Below, piece by piece: positions 1-7,394 of a stretch of 61,534 bases of DNA (the first letter of the stretch is position 1; each line of letters opens with the position of its first letter). Below the pieces are notes generated by a model. It was not told the DNA's origin, did not search any database, and saw nothing but the letters and a program-made list of their open reading frames with translations. The stretch is from positions 1-61,534 of the IMG/VR virus record IMGVR_UViG_3300010366_000013; one strand, 5' to 3'. Made by a program: the position numbers and the translations under genes. This DNA comes from a virus (taxonomy: Duplodnaviria; Caudoviricetes).

Positions 1-13
1 CGGCATCCTCGCC
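1..13. repeat. 13-bp terminal direct repeat (circularisation overlap), left copy
   Basis: CGGCATCCTCGCC at 1-13 is identical to 61522-61534. Confidence 0.9.
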
Positions 14-250
14 AAACCAGCCCTTGAGGATGCCGGGCAGCAGGTTTGGCCCGCCGGTCTCCCCGCGCGCAACGTTGATCGCCACCTTGGCGACAGAGGC
101 AATCACAACCGGCCCGGCCGCCGTGTCGAGATGCATGGCGATCTCGCCCTTGGGCAGATCGGCGCCATAGACGCCGCCCTTCCCGCGCGGCAGGAACAGG
201 ATCGGACGCGCGCCCGTGCGCGCAACGGAACAAATCACTGTGATGGTCAT
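1..250 (-). CDS. 5' part of a 115-aa hypothetical protein that crosses the circular junction (continues at 61521-61424)
   Basis: ATG at 250 after AAAGGAG; manual translation MTITVICSVARTGARPILFLPRGKGG...LLPGILKGWFGEDA has no stop and continues in frame as GAAGTARFKVSIAQAGSAWVMSPVRTDQAVAA*. Confidence 0.8.
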   Translation of the reverse strand, partial: MTITVICSVARTGARPILFLPRGKGGVYGADLPKGEIAMHLDTAAGPVVIASVAKVAINVARGETGGPNLLPGILKGWFGEDA

Positions 251-299
251 CGCGGGACTCCTTTTCCCATCAAGACGGGGCGAGATGCCCCTGGCACCC

Positions 300-330
300 A
301 AAAGGCCCGCTGGGATCATCCATGCGGGCC
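300..330 (-). terminator. possible intrinsic terminator
   Basis: GGCCCGC/GCGGGCC stem followed by only 4 U on the minus strand, just downstream of the 351-515 gene. Confidence 0.35.
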
Positions 331-350
331 GGGTTTGGGGCGGTGGCGCT

Positions 351-515
351 TTACAGTTGGCTTCGCCAGGTCGCGGCATCCTTGACGCTCTCAAACGCGC
401 GCCAGCCGCCCTCGACCTCGATCACCTCCGCGGCCCACGGGCAGATCTCGTAAACCTCCTCTTCGGTTTCCGCGCCTAGCCCGTCGTCGCGGCGCTGTAC
501 GAATTGCTGCCTCAT
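351..515 (-). CDS. small hypothetical phage protein (54 aa, not in ORF track)
   Basis: MRQQFVQRRDDGLGAETEEEVYEICPWAAEVIEVEGGWRAFESVKDAATWRSQL*; ATGA overlap with the upstream gene. Confidence 0.7.
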   Translation of the reverse strand: MRQQFVQRRDDGLGAETEEEVYEICPWAAEVIEVEGGWRAFESVKDAATWRSQL

Positions 516-988
516 GTCCGCTCCCCTTCTTCTGCCGGATCAGCCAACAACTCATCGGCCAGCATCTCTTCGAGATCTTCGATCAGCCGTGTCGCGCCGT
601 GGAACAGCGCCGCTTCAGCCCGGGTCAGATCGCCCATGCGGTTCGCGCCGGTGTTGCCCATCGCTTCGGCGAGCGGCGTCAGAACGTCCACCAAAAACGT
701 GCGGCGGGCGTTGTCGTAGGCGACGGTGGGTTTACCGTCGATAACGTCTTCGATTGGATTGCCGTCGCCGTCGAGATCGCCTGACCACGCGACGCCGTAA
801 TCGATCTCGCCGCTGGGGTTCAGGGTATCGACCAAAAAGCCTGTCGGGATACCTTCGGCATCCTCGACCTCGATCGCCTCGCGGCGCGGCATCTTCAAGC
901 CTTTGCGCAGCGCGTCTTGCTGATTGTCCGCCTCGATAGCGAATAGCACGCGATAGGGGCGATAAATGTGAACGCGATACTGGGTCAT
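512..988 (-). CDS. acidic hypothetical early protein
   Basis: 158-aa ORF, AAGGAG RBS within the repeated leader hairpin, protein-like composition. Confidence 0.75.
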   Translation of the reverse strand: MTQYRVHIYRPYRVLFAIEADNQQDALRKGLKMPRREAIEVEDAEGIPTGFLVDTLNPSGEIDYGVAWSGDLDGDGNPIEDVIDGKPTVAYDNARRTFLVDVLTPLAEAMGNTGANRMGDLTRAEAALFHGATRLIEDLEEMLADELLADPAEEGERT

Positions 989-1045
989 AGCGGGATCTCC
1001 TTCCCATCATCCACGCGCCGGCCGAAGCGACCGTGCGCTGCCCTA

Positions 1046-1075
1046 AATATACGGACGGGTTGCCAGCGCGACAAC
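1046..1075 (-). promoter_or_regulatory. sigma70-like promoter overlapped by a 17-bp operator
   Basis: TTGTCG-N17-TATATT on the minus strand; GTTGCCAGCGCGACAAC at 1059-1075. Confidence 0.7.
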
Positions 1076-1267
1076 CCCCAAAAAGTAGTTACCTTTTCCC
1101 GGGGGGCTCGGCGAGACATCTGCAGCGGCGGTAACCCGTCGGTACCTCGCCGCAGCCAAGCATGGTCATCACAAAGACGCCCGCCGCGGCCTGCCGGCGC
1201 ACGATCCGACAATCCGCGCGGTGTAGCACGAGGTGCTGCGCGGTCGCATCGGGCGCTGCCGCGAGAT

Positions 1268-1341
1268 CGATCACCGGATACCTCCAAACGATCACCGGAT
1301 ACTTGCGACCGTATATAGCAAAAACGATCGCGCCTTACTTG
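1268..1341. repeat. cluster of AAACGATCRCCGGATACTTG-like repeats
   Basis: copies at 1268-1281 (partial), 1286-1305 and 1322-1341 (degenerate); the same motif occurs at 2500-2519 and 2539-2558. Confidence 0.75.
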
Positions 1342-1368
1342 CCCGGCTGAATCGCCCGGCGGCGGGGC

Positions 1369-1402
1369 AAAAAAAACCGCGCCCGTTGGGAGGGGGCGCG
1401 GT
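1369..1402 (-). terminator. intrinsic terminator
   Basis: ACCGCGCCC...GGGCGCGGT stem plus a long U tract on the minus strand. Confidence 0.75.
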
Positions 1403-1417
1403 GTTTGGCCGGCGAGG

Positions 1418-1654
1418 CTAAGCGCTCTCAATCGCTATAGCACAATGGTCGCAAAGCAGGTCTGTATCCTCCCAATTGATATCGCTGCCGACAATGCGCC
1501 AGCCGTCGTTAGGTTCGTCGGTGTGGACAGGGTTACTCGGATCGTTTGCGCATTTGGCGCATAAGCATCCGCCGTCATCGCAAAGATGAAAGATGGGATA
1601 CCCGCCCGGCCAAGCGTAAGCGCTAAAGCGGCCGTCGTCGTCGCGGGCGATCAT
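1418..1654 (-). CDS. small Cys-rich (zinc-binding) phage protein, AWPGGYP family
   Basis: MIARDDDGRFSAYAWPGGYP...CLCAKC...CDHC; ATGA overlap with the 1651-2394 gene defines the start. Confidence 0.7.
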   Translation of the reverse strand: MIARDDDGRFSAYAWPGGYPIFHLCDDGGCLCAKCANDPSNPVHTDEPNDGWRIVGSDINWEDTDLLCDHCAIAIESA

Positions 1655-2394
1655 GCTGCGACCTCCCCTTTTGCGACCGCGTCGGCAATCGCGGCGCCGG
1701 CGCCATGCCCGGGGAATCCGACAACGCTGTGGCGCTGCCGGGCGCACAAGCCGCAATCTTTGCAGCTAGTGTCCAGATACGTTGCCGGGCAAACCGGCAT
1801 CGCCCGGCCGGCCGGCGTGCGCTTTGGCAAATGCGCGACGCGCGCCCGATATTCATCAAGCGACTCCAGCCAGGTATCGCCGCGGGCGCGGCGCCCGTAT
1901 TCAATCGGCAAAACCGTAACAACCGGCGCGATATTCAGCGCGGCGAGTTCGTCGGCATGCGTCGGGTTGTTGCCGGACAAATTGACGGTAAACCCGTCGC
2001 GATTGGCCGCCGCGACAATCGCCATATTCGACGGAGTCATTGGCTTGTGCGTGTAGGTAAAACCGCGGGCGCGCGCGTCGCGGTTAGCCGCGACGATCTC
2101 CCCTAGCGCGGCGCCGTCAATCTCGTTTCCCTCCCCGGGGAGATCGCCGGCTTGATTGTGGCGCCATAGCTGGAACGGCTTTAGGCCGCGGATAAGCGCG
2201 ACGACTGCAGTCAGGGTTCCGCCGCGCTCGCCGCGCGATACCTTGTCCCAATGCATGCCGACGCGCCCGTGTTTCGCATAGCACGCGTCTTCAAGCGGAC
2301 AATCCGGGCAGGTATTTTTGCTAGTCGTCGTAACGGGTATCGGGCCGGTTTTGCCGTTGCGCGAACGGCGCGCGAAGTGAAAAAACGTTTCCAT
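1651..2394 (-). CDS. Cys-rich phage protein (GP88/DUF7227-like, radical-SAM-related)
   Basis: NGKTGPIPVTTTS, TCPDCP...CYA, WRHNQAGD, FTYTH and C-terminal CP...CKDCGLC motifs. Confidence 0.6.
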   Translation of the reverse strand: METFFHFARRSRNGKTGPIPVTTTSKNTCPDCPLEDACYAKHGRVGMHWDKVSRGERGGTLTAVVALIRGLKPFQLWRHNQAGDLPGEGNEIDGAALGEIVAANRDARARGFTYTHKPMTPSNMAIVAAANRDGFTVNLSGNNPTHADELAALNIAPVVTVLPIEYGRRARGDTWLESLDEYRARVAHLPKRTPAGRAMPVCPATYLDTSCKDCGLCARQRHSVVGFPGHGAGAAIADAVAKGEVAA

Positions 2395-2448
2395 TGCGGG
2401 GCGATCCCCATCAAGCCGCGCCAGGCGAAATGCCTATGCGCTAGAACC

Positions 2449-2478
2449 TTTATACCAAACCGTTGCCGTGAGAGCAAC
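2449..2478 (-). promoter_or_regulatory. sigma70-like promoter overlapped by a 17-bp operator
   Basis: TTGCTC-N17-TATAAA on the minus strand; GTTGCCGTGAGAGCAAC at 2462-2478. Confidence 0.7.
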
Positions 2479-2485
2479 AGCCGCG

Positions 2486-2558
2486 GGGGAGCCCGGGCTA
2501 AACGATCGCCGGATACTTGCCCGGGCTCCCCGGGCTTCAAACGATCGCCGGATACTTG
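2486..2558. repeat. 13-bp inverted repeat enclosing AAACGATCGCCGGATACTTG, plus a second direct copy
   Basis: GGGGAGCCCGGGC (2486-2498) / GCCCGGGCTCCCC (2519-2531); 20-mer copies at 2500 and 2539. Confidence 0.75.
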
Positions 2559-2764
2559 TGCGCCATATATAGCTTTACGCTGCCGATATGATTGAAACCG
2601 CTACAGGGGCGATCGCCGCGGGCGCCGGCCGCCGCGGGGGAGGGGCGCCGGCCGCGGCGCCGGCCGGCCGCGCGGGTGAGGGCGCCCGGGCGCCGGATAT
2701 AGCCAGCGAAGCGCGCGGAGGGCGCCTAGGCGCGATGAAACGTCGGCCGCGGTGTACCCTAGCC

Positions 2765-2795
2765 AAAAAAAAGAGGGCGCACTGTGGCGCCCTCT
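2765..2795 (-). terminator. intrinsic terminator
   Basis: AGAGGGCGC...GCGCCCTCT stem plus U tract on the minus strand. Confidence 0.75.
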
Positions 2796-2814
2796 GCGGC
2801 CGCGGCTAGCGGCT

Positions 2815-3072
2815 TTAGAGTCGGCCGCTCATCACCCGTTTGTATAGATCGCCATTGCGGCGATGGCACGCGAGCGCATAGGCGATCGATTGCCGGACTA
2901 GCGCGGGCGTGTATAAGCCGGCCGAATCCGATTTCGCGATCCGGCGCCGGATATTCGCCTCAATCTCCGAGTCGGGCGTGCCGACGTGCACGCGTCCCAT
3001 GAGCCAGCTAATCGCCGCGCGCGGGACTCGCGCGTCCCATCGCTTGCCGAATTCATAGCGGTATTCAGCCAT
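2815..3072 (-). CDS. hypothetical early protein
   Basis: 85-aa ORF, GGAGGG RBS, coupled to the upstream gene. Confidence 0.7.
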   Translation of the reverse strand: MAEYRYEFGKRWDARVPRAAISWLMGRVHVGTPDSEIEANIRRRIAKSDSAGLYTPALVRQSIAYALACHRRNGDLYKRVMSGRL

Positions 3073-3400
3073 TGCCGGCGCCCTCCGCTAACCGCACAAC
3101 GCCTAGCAACCGGGCGATCCGGCGCCGCGTGCTAGTCGTAAGATCGCGCGGCATATGCAAAGCGCGATATTCAGTCTCGCCCGTGCGGCAATCGATATCG
3201 CCATCGATGGTCGTAAACCACACGTACGGGTAACCCGGATCAAACGGGTAAACCGACGGTTCCACCGCGGCGCCGTTCAATGCCGATACCGCATGCCGTA
3301 GCGAAACGTTGTCGACGATAAACCCGGACTCGGCCGACTCCCCGTCGGCCGCCGACTCGGGCGTGAATACCTCATAGGTAACGCTAAAACCGGTTTTCAT
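3065..3400 (-). CDS. hypothetical early protein
   Basis: 111-aa ORF (VTYEVFTPESAADGE motif), AAAGGAG RBS in the leader hairpin. Confidence 0.75.
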   Translation of the reverse strand: MKTGFSVTYEVFTPESAADGESAESGFIVDNVSLRHAVSALNGAAVEPSVYPFDPGYPYVWFTTIDGDIDCRTGETEYRALHMPRDLTTSTRRRIARLLGVVRLAEGAGNG

Positions 3401-3420
3401 CGCGGGACTCCTTTCCCATC

Positions 3421-3454
3421 AAAAAAACCGGGCGCCGCACCATGCCGCGCCCGG
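3421..3454 (-). terminator. intrinsic terminator after ardC
   Basis: CCGGGCGC...GCGCCCGG stem plus U7 on the minus strand. Confidence 0.7.
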
Positions 3455-3462
3455 GCAGAAAC

Positions 3463-4374
3463 CTAATCGGCCGCAAGCTTGCCGTCGGCGGCCGCGCTAT
3501 ACGCGGTAAGGTAATCAGCCGCGCGTTGCGCTGCGCTCGCCGCGGTAAAAACCGCGCGCTTGTCGTTTTTGAGTTTTTCCAGCCAGGACGCAATGTAGCT
3601 CGCATGATCCGGCCGCGGCGAAGCGCTAACCGCCAGGTCAGCGCACAAAAACGCCGCGCCCATTTCCGCGACTAATTCCTCCGCGGCATACGACGCGTCG
3701 CCCCATCGCGCGAAATTGATCCGGTTAAGCCGCGCGCGGCCGCCAGACCAATGCGTCATTTCGTGCAATAGAGTCGCGTAATAGGATTCGGCCGACTCGA
3801 ATTGCGCCAGCGTCGGCATTTGCACGTGATCGCTACTAGGCGCGAAAAACGCCCGATTGCCACCGTGCCGAATATCGGCGCCGGTTGCGTCGACGAAGGA
3901 GTCCACGCGGGCGTTACGCGCAGGTTCCTCCCCGGGCTCAAACGGCGCCGGCGCCGCGGGTAAAAAGCGATCCGGCAAACCGTCAATCTGGCAAACGTTA
4001 AACACGGTGTACGCTTTCAAAAACGGCACGGTGTACGACTCGTCTTCGCCCGTCGTCGCGTTCTCGCGCGTTCGCGTAAACTTGTCAGCGTAAACGATCA
4101 TGGTGCCGCGCTCGCCTTTCCGCACGCACGCGTCGTAAGCAAGCGCTTGCTTAAACGTAAGCCATTGGTTGCTGGCATACCCGCAAGCGCTTTGCTGCGA
4201 CCACAGCAGCAAAACATTGATGCCGGCATAGGGTATGCCGTTATGCCGTATCGGCCGCCGCGGCACGCCCGCAACCGCGGCGCCCGTCGTCTTCCACGGC
4301 TTATGCCAAGGCGCCGTGCCAGACTCCAAAGCCGCGACGATCTTGTCGGTTATTTCCTGATAGATGTCTCGCAT
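3463..4374 (-). CDS. ardC: ArdC-family antirestriction protein (ssDNA-binding domain plus zincin-like domain)
   Basis: DIYQEITDKIVAALE..PWHKPW, YAGINVLLL, WLTFKQA, VRKGE, VFNVCQ, YYATLLHEMTHW and YAAEELVAEMGAAFL motifs; start set at ATG 4374 by its RBS. Confidence 0.9.
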   Translation of the reverse strand: MRDIYQEITDKIVAALESGTAPWHKPWKTTGAAVAGVPRRPIRHNGIPYAGINVLLLWSQQSACGYASNQWLTFKQALAYDACVRKGERGTMIVYADKFTRTRENATTGEDESYTVPFLKAYTVFNVCQIDGLPDRFLPAAPAPFEPGEEPARNARVDSFVDATGADIRHGGNRAFFAPSSDHVQMPTLAQFESAESYYATLLHEMTHWSGGRARLNRINFARWGDASYAAEELVAEMGAAFLCADLAVSASPRPDHASYIASWLEKLKNDKRAVFTAASAAQRAADYLTAYSAAADGKLAAD

Positions 4375-4492
4375 ATCGCGGGTTCCTTTCGCCCATCGAA
4401 TCGAGAGTCGGGACGATTCCCATGCTCTCACCTCAAAAGCCGGCAGGAACGTAATCCTTGCCGGCTTAAGGGTTAGTCGCTTCCGCCGCGGG

Positions 4493-4777
4493 TTACCCGT
4501 CGTCGCTTGCGATCCGGATATCGCCCTCAATCACACACGACTCCCGCACGTCTAACAAATCCTCGCAAACGTCGCGCGCCGTCGCGACCAAACCGGCCGG
4601 CAACGCAAAGCCGGCCGGATACTGAAACGGCCCGCGGCCGTCGGTTGCGTCGATAACCTGGCCGAGCAACGCCGCGCGGGCGCCCTCGTTATCGTCGCGC
4701 GCGTTTTCCCATGCACCGCTGGCCGCGTCGTGAAACAGCATATGTGCCTGCGGCGTCGCGAAAGTAATCGTCATCAT
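4493..4777 (-). CDS. hypothetical early protein
   Basis: 94-aa ORF with GGAGGG RBS. Confidence 0.6.
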   Translation of the reverse strand: MMTITFATPQAHMLFHDAASGAWENARDDNEGARAALLGQVIDATDGRGPFQYPAGFALPAGLVATARDVCEDLLDVRESCVIEGDIRIASDDG

Positions 4778-4791
4778 TCCGGCGCCCTCCC

Positions 4792-5004
4792 CTAACCAAA
4801 AATCACGATATCCATGAGGCGCGTAAGGCGCCCGTCGGATACCGCAGGGTCAAAATGCTCGCAGCCGCGCTGCGCTAGGATCGCTTCTAACGTCGCGACG
4901 ACGGCCGCCAGGTCTGCCGGCAAGCCTTCCACGCAATGCGCTGTCTCCAGTGCGTCAATCGCCGCGGCGATCGCGTCGGCGCAACCCATGCTGTCGTTAT
5001 CCAT
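4792..5004 (-). CDS. hypothetical early protein
   Basis: MDNDSMGCADAIAAAIDALE...; GGAGGG RBS before ATG 5004. Confidence 0.55.
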   Translation of the reverse strand: MDNDSMGCADAIAAAIDALETAHCVEGLPADLAAVVATLEAILAQRGCEHFDPAVSDGRLTRLMDIVIFG

Positions 5005-5239
5005 TGCGGCGCCCTCCGCCGGCGCGCGAACTAATCGGCGCCTCCCCGTCGCGTTCCATGCGCGACCATTCATCGCGCCACCCGCCGGCGCCACCCGCGA
5101 GTTCCGTATCAAGTATGTGCGCGACATCAAGCAACCGCACTAAGTGCGCAGCCCATGCCGCGGCTTTAACGTCCTTAGCGCATTGCTTGTAGGCAATCGC
5201 TTTTGCGAGCGCCCGGTTGATTTCACTGCGATCGATCAT
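4997..5239 (-). CDS. hypothetical early protein
   Basis: MIDRSEINRALAKAIAYKQC...; AAAGGA RBS in the leader hairpin. Confidence 0.7.
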   Translation of the reverse strand: MIDRSEINRALAKAIAYKQCAKDVKAAAWAAHLVRLLDVAHILDTELAGGAGGWRDEWSRMERDGEAPISSRAGGGRRNG

Positions 5240-5297
5240 TGCGCGGGTTCCTTTCACCCATCGTTTCGCGCCCGGCCCGTCGCCGATACGCGCGCGA

Positions 5298-5328
5298 ATT
5301 ATATACGCGCCGTTGCCAGCAAAGCAAC
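5298..5328 (-). promoter_or_regulatory. sigma70-like promoter overlapped by a 17-bp operator
   Basis: TTGCTT-N18-TATAAT on the minus strand; GTTGCCAGCAAAGCAAC at 5312-5328. Confidence 0.75.
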
Positions 5329-5346
5329 ACCTGCCGAAAAACCTAG

Positions 5347-5892
5347 CTATTCCAATGCGCCCGGGGAGCCCGGCTTTTCCCGCAACAACGGTATCCGAGA
5401 CTGCACCCGCGGCACAAAGCGCCCGCGATCACTCCGCGGCTTGTCCGCCGGAACCCGCATCGCTTCCGACGCTAGCCGCGCCAGCGTCGATACCATTGCC
5501 GGCGCCGACGCAAGCCGCTCCGACTCGAGCGCAAAAGCTTCCTCAATCATTCCAGCCAACGCGCGCAATTCCTTCCGACGCTCGCGTATGCGATCCGCAA
5601 GCTTGCTTTCCAAGCGATCAACAATGCGACGCGAGACCCGCAAACCGCCGCTCATCATCGCGCTTAACCGCTGCGGAGGAATTCCCAGCAACGCCGCGCC
5701 ACGCCTCCGATAATCGGCACCATAAATGCCTCGGAGCACATACCGTAGCAATTCGCCACGGTGCGCACCCGCAATAGGTAGTTGCACGTCATCGCCAAAT
5801 AATCGCTGCGACGCCTCGGCCGTTGTCGTCGTACGCGCTGTTATGGGCTCGAGTCGCCGCGTCATACCACGGAGTCGGAGCGGCGATTTCAT
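5347..5892 (-). CDS. putative HTH DNA-binding protein (start uncertain)
   Basis: IYGADYRRRGAALLGIPPQRLSAMMSG resembles an XRE-type HTH and the 60666 protein. Confidence 0.5.
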   Translation of the reverse strand: MKSPLRLRGMTRRLEPITARTTTTAEASQRLFGDDVQLPIAGAHRGELLRYVLRGIYGADYRRRGAALLGIPPQRLSAMMSGGLRVSRRIVDRLESKLADRIRERRKELRALAGMIEEAFALESERLASAPAMVSTLARLASEAMRVPADKPRSDRGRFVPRVQSRIPLLREKPGSPGALE

Positions 5893-6142
5893 GGTGCGGT
5901 TTTGCACCAACGCTACACCATCGCAGCAAGCGGTATCGACAACGCGTTGCGATTGCTCGCGTTTTCGGGCGTGGCTCTCATACCTGATAGGCATGGGCGC
6001 CCCACGTTTCCCGCGGTTTTCGGCCGATCGATCGCCGCACGCGCCCGCACCCACGTGGGACGCCGCGTCGCTCGATGTCGAGACCACACACCTGTTTCCC
6101 CCCAGAAAAGGGGTGATGAGTTGTGGTGGTTTTGGATTGATT

Positions 6143-6370
6143 TCAGTCGGTTTCGCAGGCGATAGCGAAGGCTGCAGCGATGACGGCGGCTTTACGTTCG
6201 GCTTTGGATCTGAGGGGTGCTTTGACGAGGATGTTTGCCGCTGCGGGTGAAGAGACGGCGGAACGGATGAGGATTGTGGTGACGGAGGCTGTTTTTTTGG
6301 ATTGTGTGAATTTTCGCAGGAACGAAACGGCTTCGGCGTAAGTCGCGAAGTTTGTAGGTATGAGACTCAT
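6143..6370 (-). CDS. hypothetical protein
   Basis: MSLIPTNFATYAEAVSFLRKF..., 75 aa from ATG 6370. Confidence 0.4.
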   Translation of the reverse strand: MSLIPTNFATYAEAVSFLRKFTQSKKTASVTTILIRSAVSSPAAANILVKAPLRSKAERKAAVIAAAFAIACETD

Positions 6371-6836
6371 TCCCCGCGGATGCTCTCTCTTGAGGCCGGC
6401 TTTTCGGTGACAAGTGCCACAGAGGACACGGAGGAGATCGGCATCTGGGGTGGCACTGGGCGGCAGGGCGCCTGACCCGCGGCGCCGCAAAAAAAAAAGC
6501 GGCGGAACGGGGTGCGCCTTACCGCCAGTGCGACCCGGGACGGAGGGACGCGCGGCGCACCGGCTGTTTCGATCCATCGCGGGGGTTTAAACCGGCAAGC
6601 CGGCCCGGATCCGCGACCTCCGATCGGCGAGACGGTGCCCCGATGCTGCGGGTGGCACCCCTGGCTTAGGCTCGCTCTGCCCGTGGTAGCCAGGTATAGG
6701 CCCGCTACGGCGCTTCGGCGCCCGACCGCCACTGTAGATAAATCCCGTCCGGTCGGCGGGTGCCGGGGCACGCTGCGGTGCGGGGAGCTCGCGGGTCTAA
6801 GCCTTTAGGGGCATCGCGAGGTGGCCGCGGCTGCGT

Positions 6837-6853
6837 GTTCCCGGCACGGCAAC
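6837..6853. promoter_or_regulatory. operator-like site
   Basis: GTTCC-N7-GCAAC, the same variant as at 49930. Confidence 0.45.
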
Positions 6854-6937
6854 GATACGGATTTACCGAGGCCGGTCAAGCGGGCTATAAGAGAGCCGCT
6901 CTGAGGCTCGGTTTCAGAGCGTCCCCTAGAAACTGGG

Positions 6938-6976
6938 CCGGGTGGTTTCAGGTCTTCGTCGCCACCCGGTTTTTTT
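6938..6976 (+). terminator. intrinsic terminator
   Basis: CCGGGTGG...CCACCCGG stem plus T7. Confidence 0.65.
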
Positions 6977-7030
6977 AAAGGGCGGTGCGGGCGATGCCGA
7001 TATCGGACGAGTGCGACCCCGGTCGTCGGT

Positions 7031-7342
7031 TTACCTGCAGGCACGGTCGGTATTACCGCAGTTGCCCGAGGTGCCGCGACGAGGAGCGCGAGGAGCGCGA
7101 TCGGCGGCGTTTGCTCTCCAGTGGTTTCCGGTAGCTCGGGCGACGGCGCCTTCGCGCTGAAGGCATCCGCAGGAGAGCGCCCGGCCGCGGCGCAGCGATC
7201 CGCCGTTTATGGCTTTGGTGACGCCGCAAGCACAGTAGCAGTCCCAGTAGGTGGCGTGGGCGCGCGCGCGCTGGATCGTCGACGGGCCGAGGACGGTGAG
7301 GCGCCCGAAGGTAAGACCGGTTAAATCGATAAACCTAGGCAT
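7031..7342 (-). CDS. N-terminal Zn-binding domain of phage HNH/AP2 endonucleases, without a nuclease domain
   Basis: IDLTGLTFGRLTVL...WDCYCACG...SLRRGRALSCGC; the ORF ends before any HNH motif. Confidence 0.7.
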   Translation of the reverse strand: MPRFIDLTGLTFGRLTVLGPSTIQRARAHATYWDCYCACGVTKAINGGSLRRGRALSCGCLQREGAVARATGNHWRANAADRAPRAPRRGTSGNCGNTDRACR

Positions 7343-7394
7343 TTCCCCGACAGCGGGCGAGCCCGCGGGCCGCCCAGTGCTGGAGCGCCTCGCC

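Noticed and set aside
1-13. attL/attR pair of an integrated prophage
   Set aside because: The repeat lies inside a gene that is intact across the junction and about 12 kb from the integrase; a better attP candidate sits at 48.3-48.6 kb.
1-36. Inverted repeat CGGCATCCTC/GAGGATGCCG at the junction
   Set aside because: It lies within coding sequence of high GC, with no supporting context for a telomere or origin.
6400-7030. tRNA gene
   Set aside because: No cloverleaf with a GTTCRA T-loop and correct arm spacing was recognisable by eye here or elsewhere; tRNAscan would be needed to exclude one.
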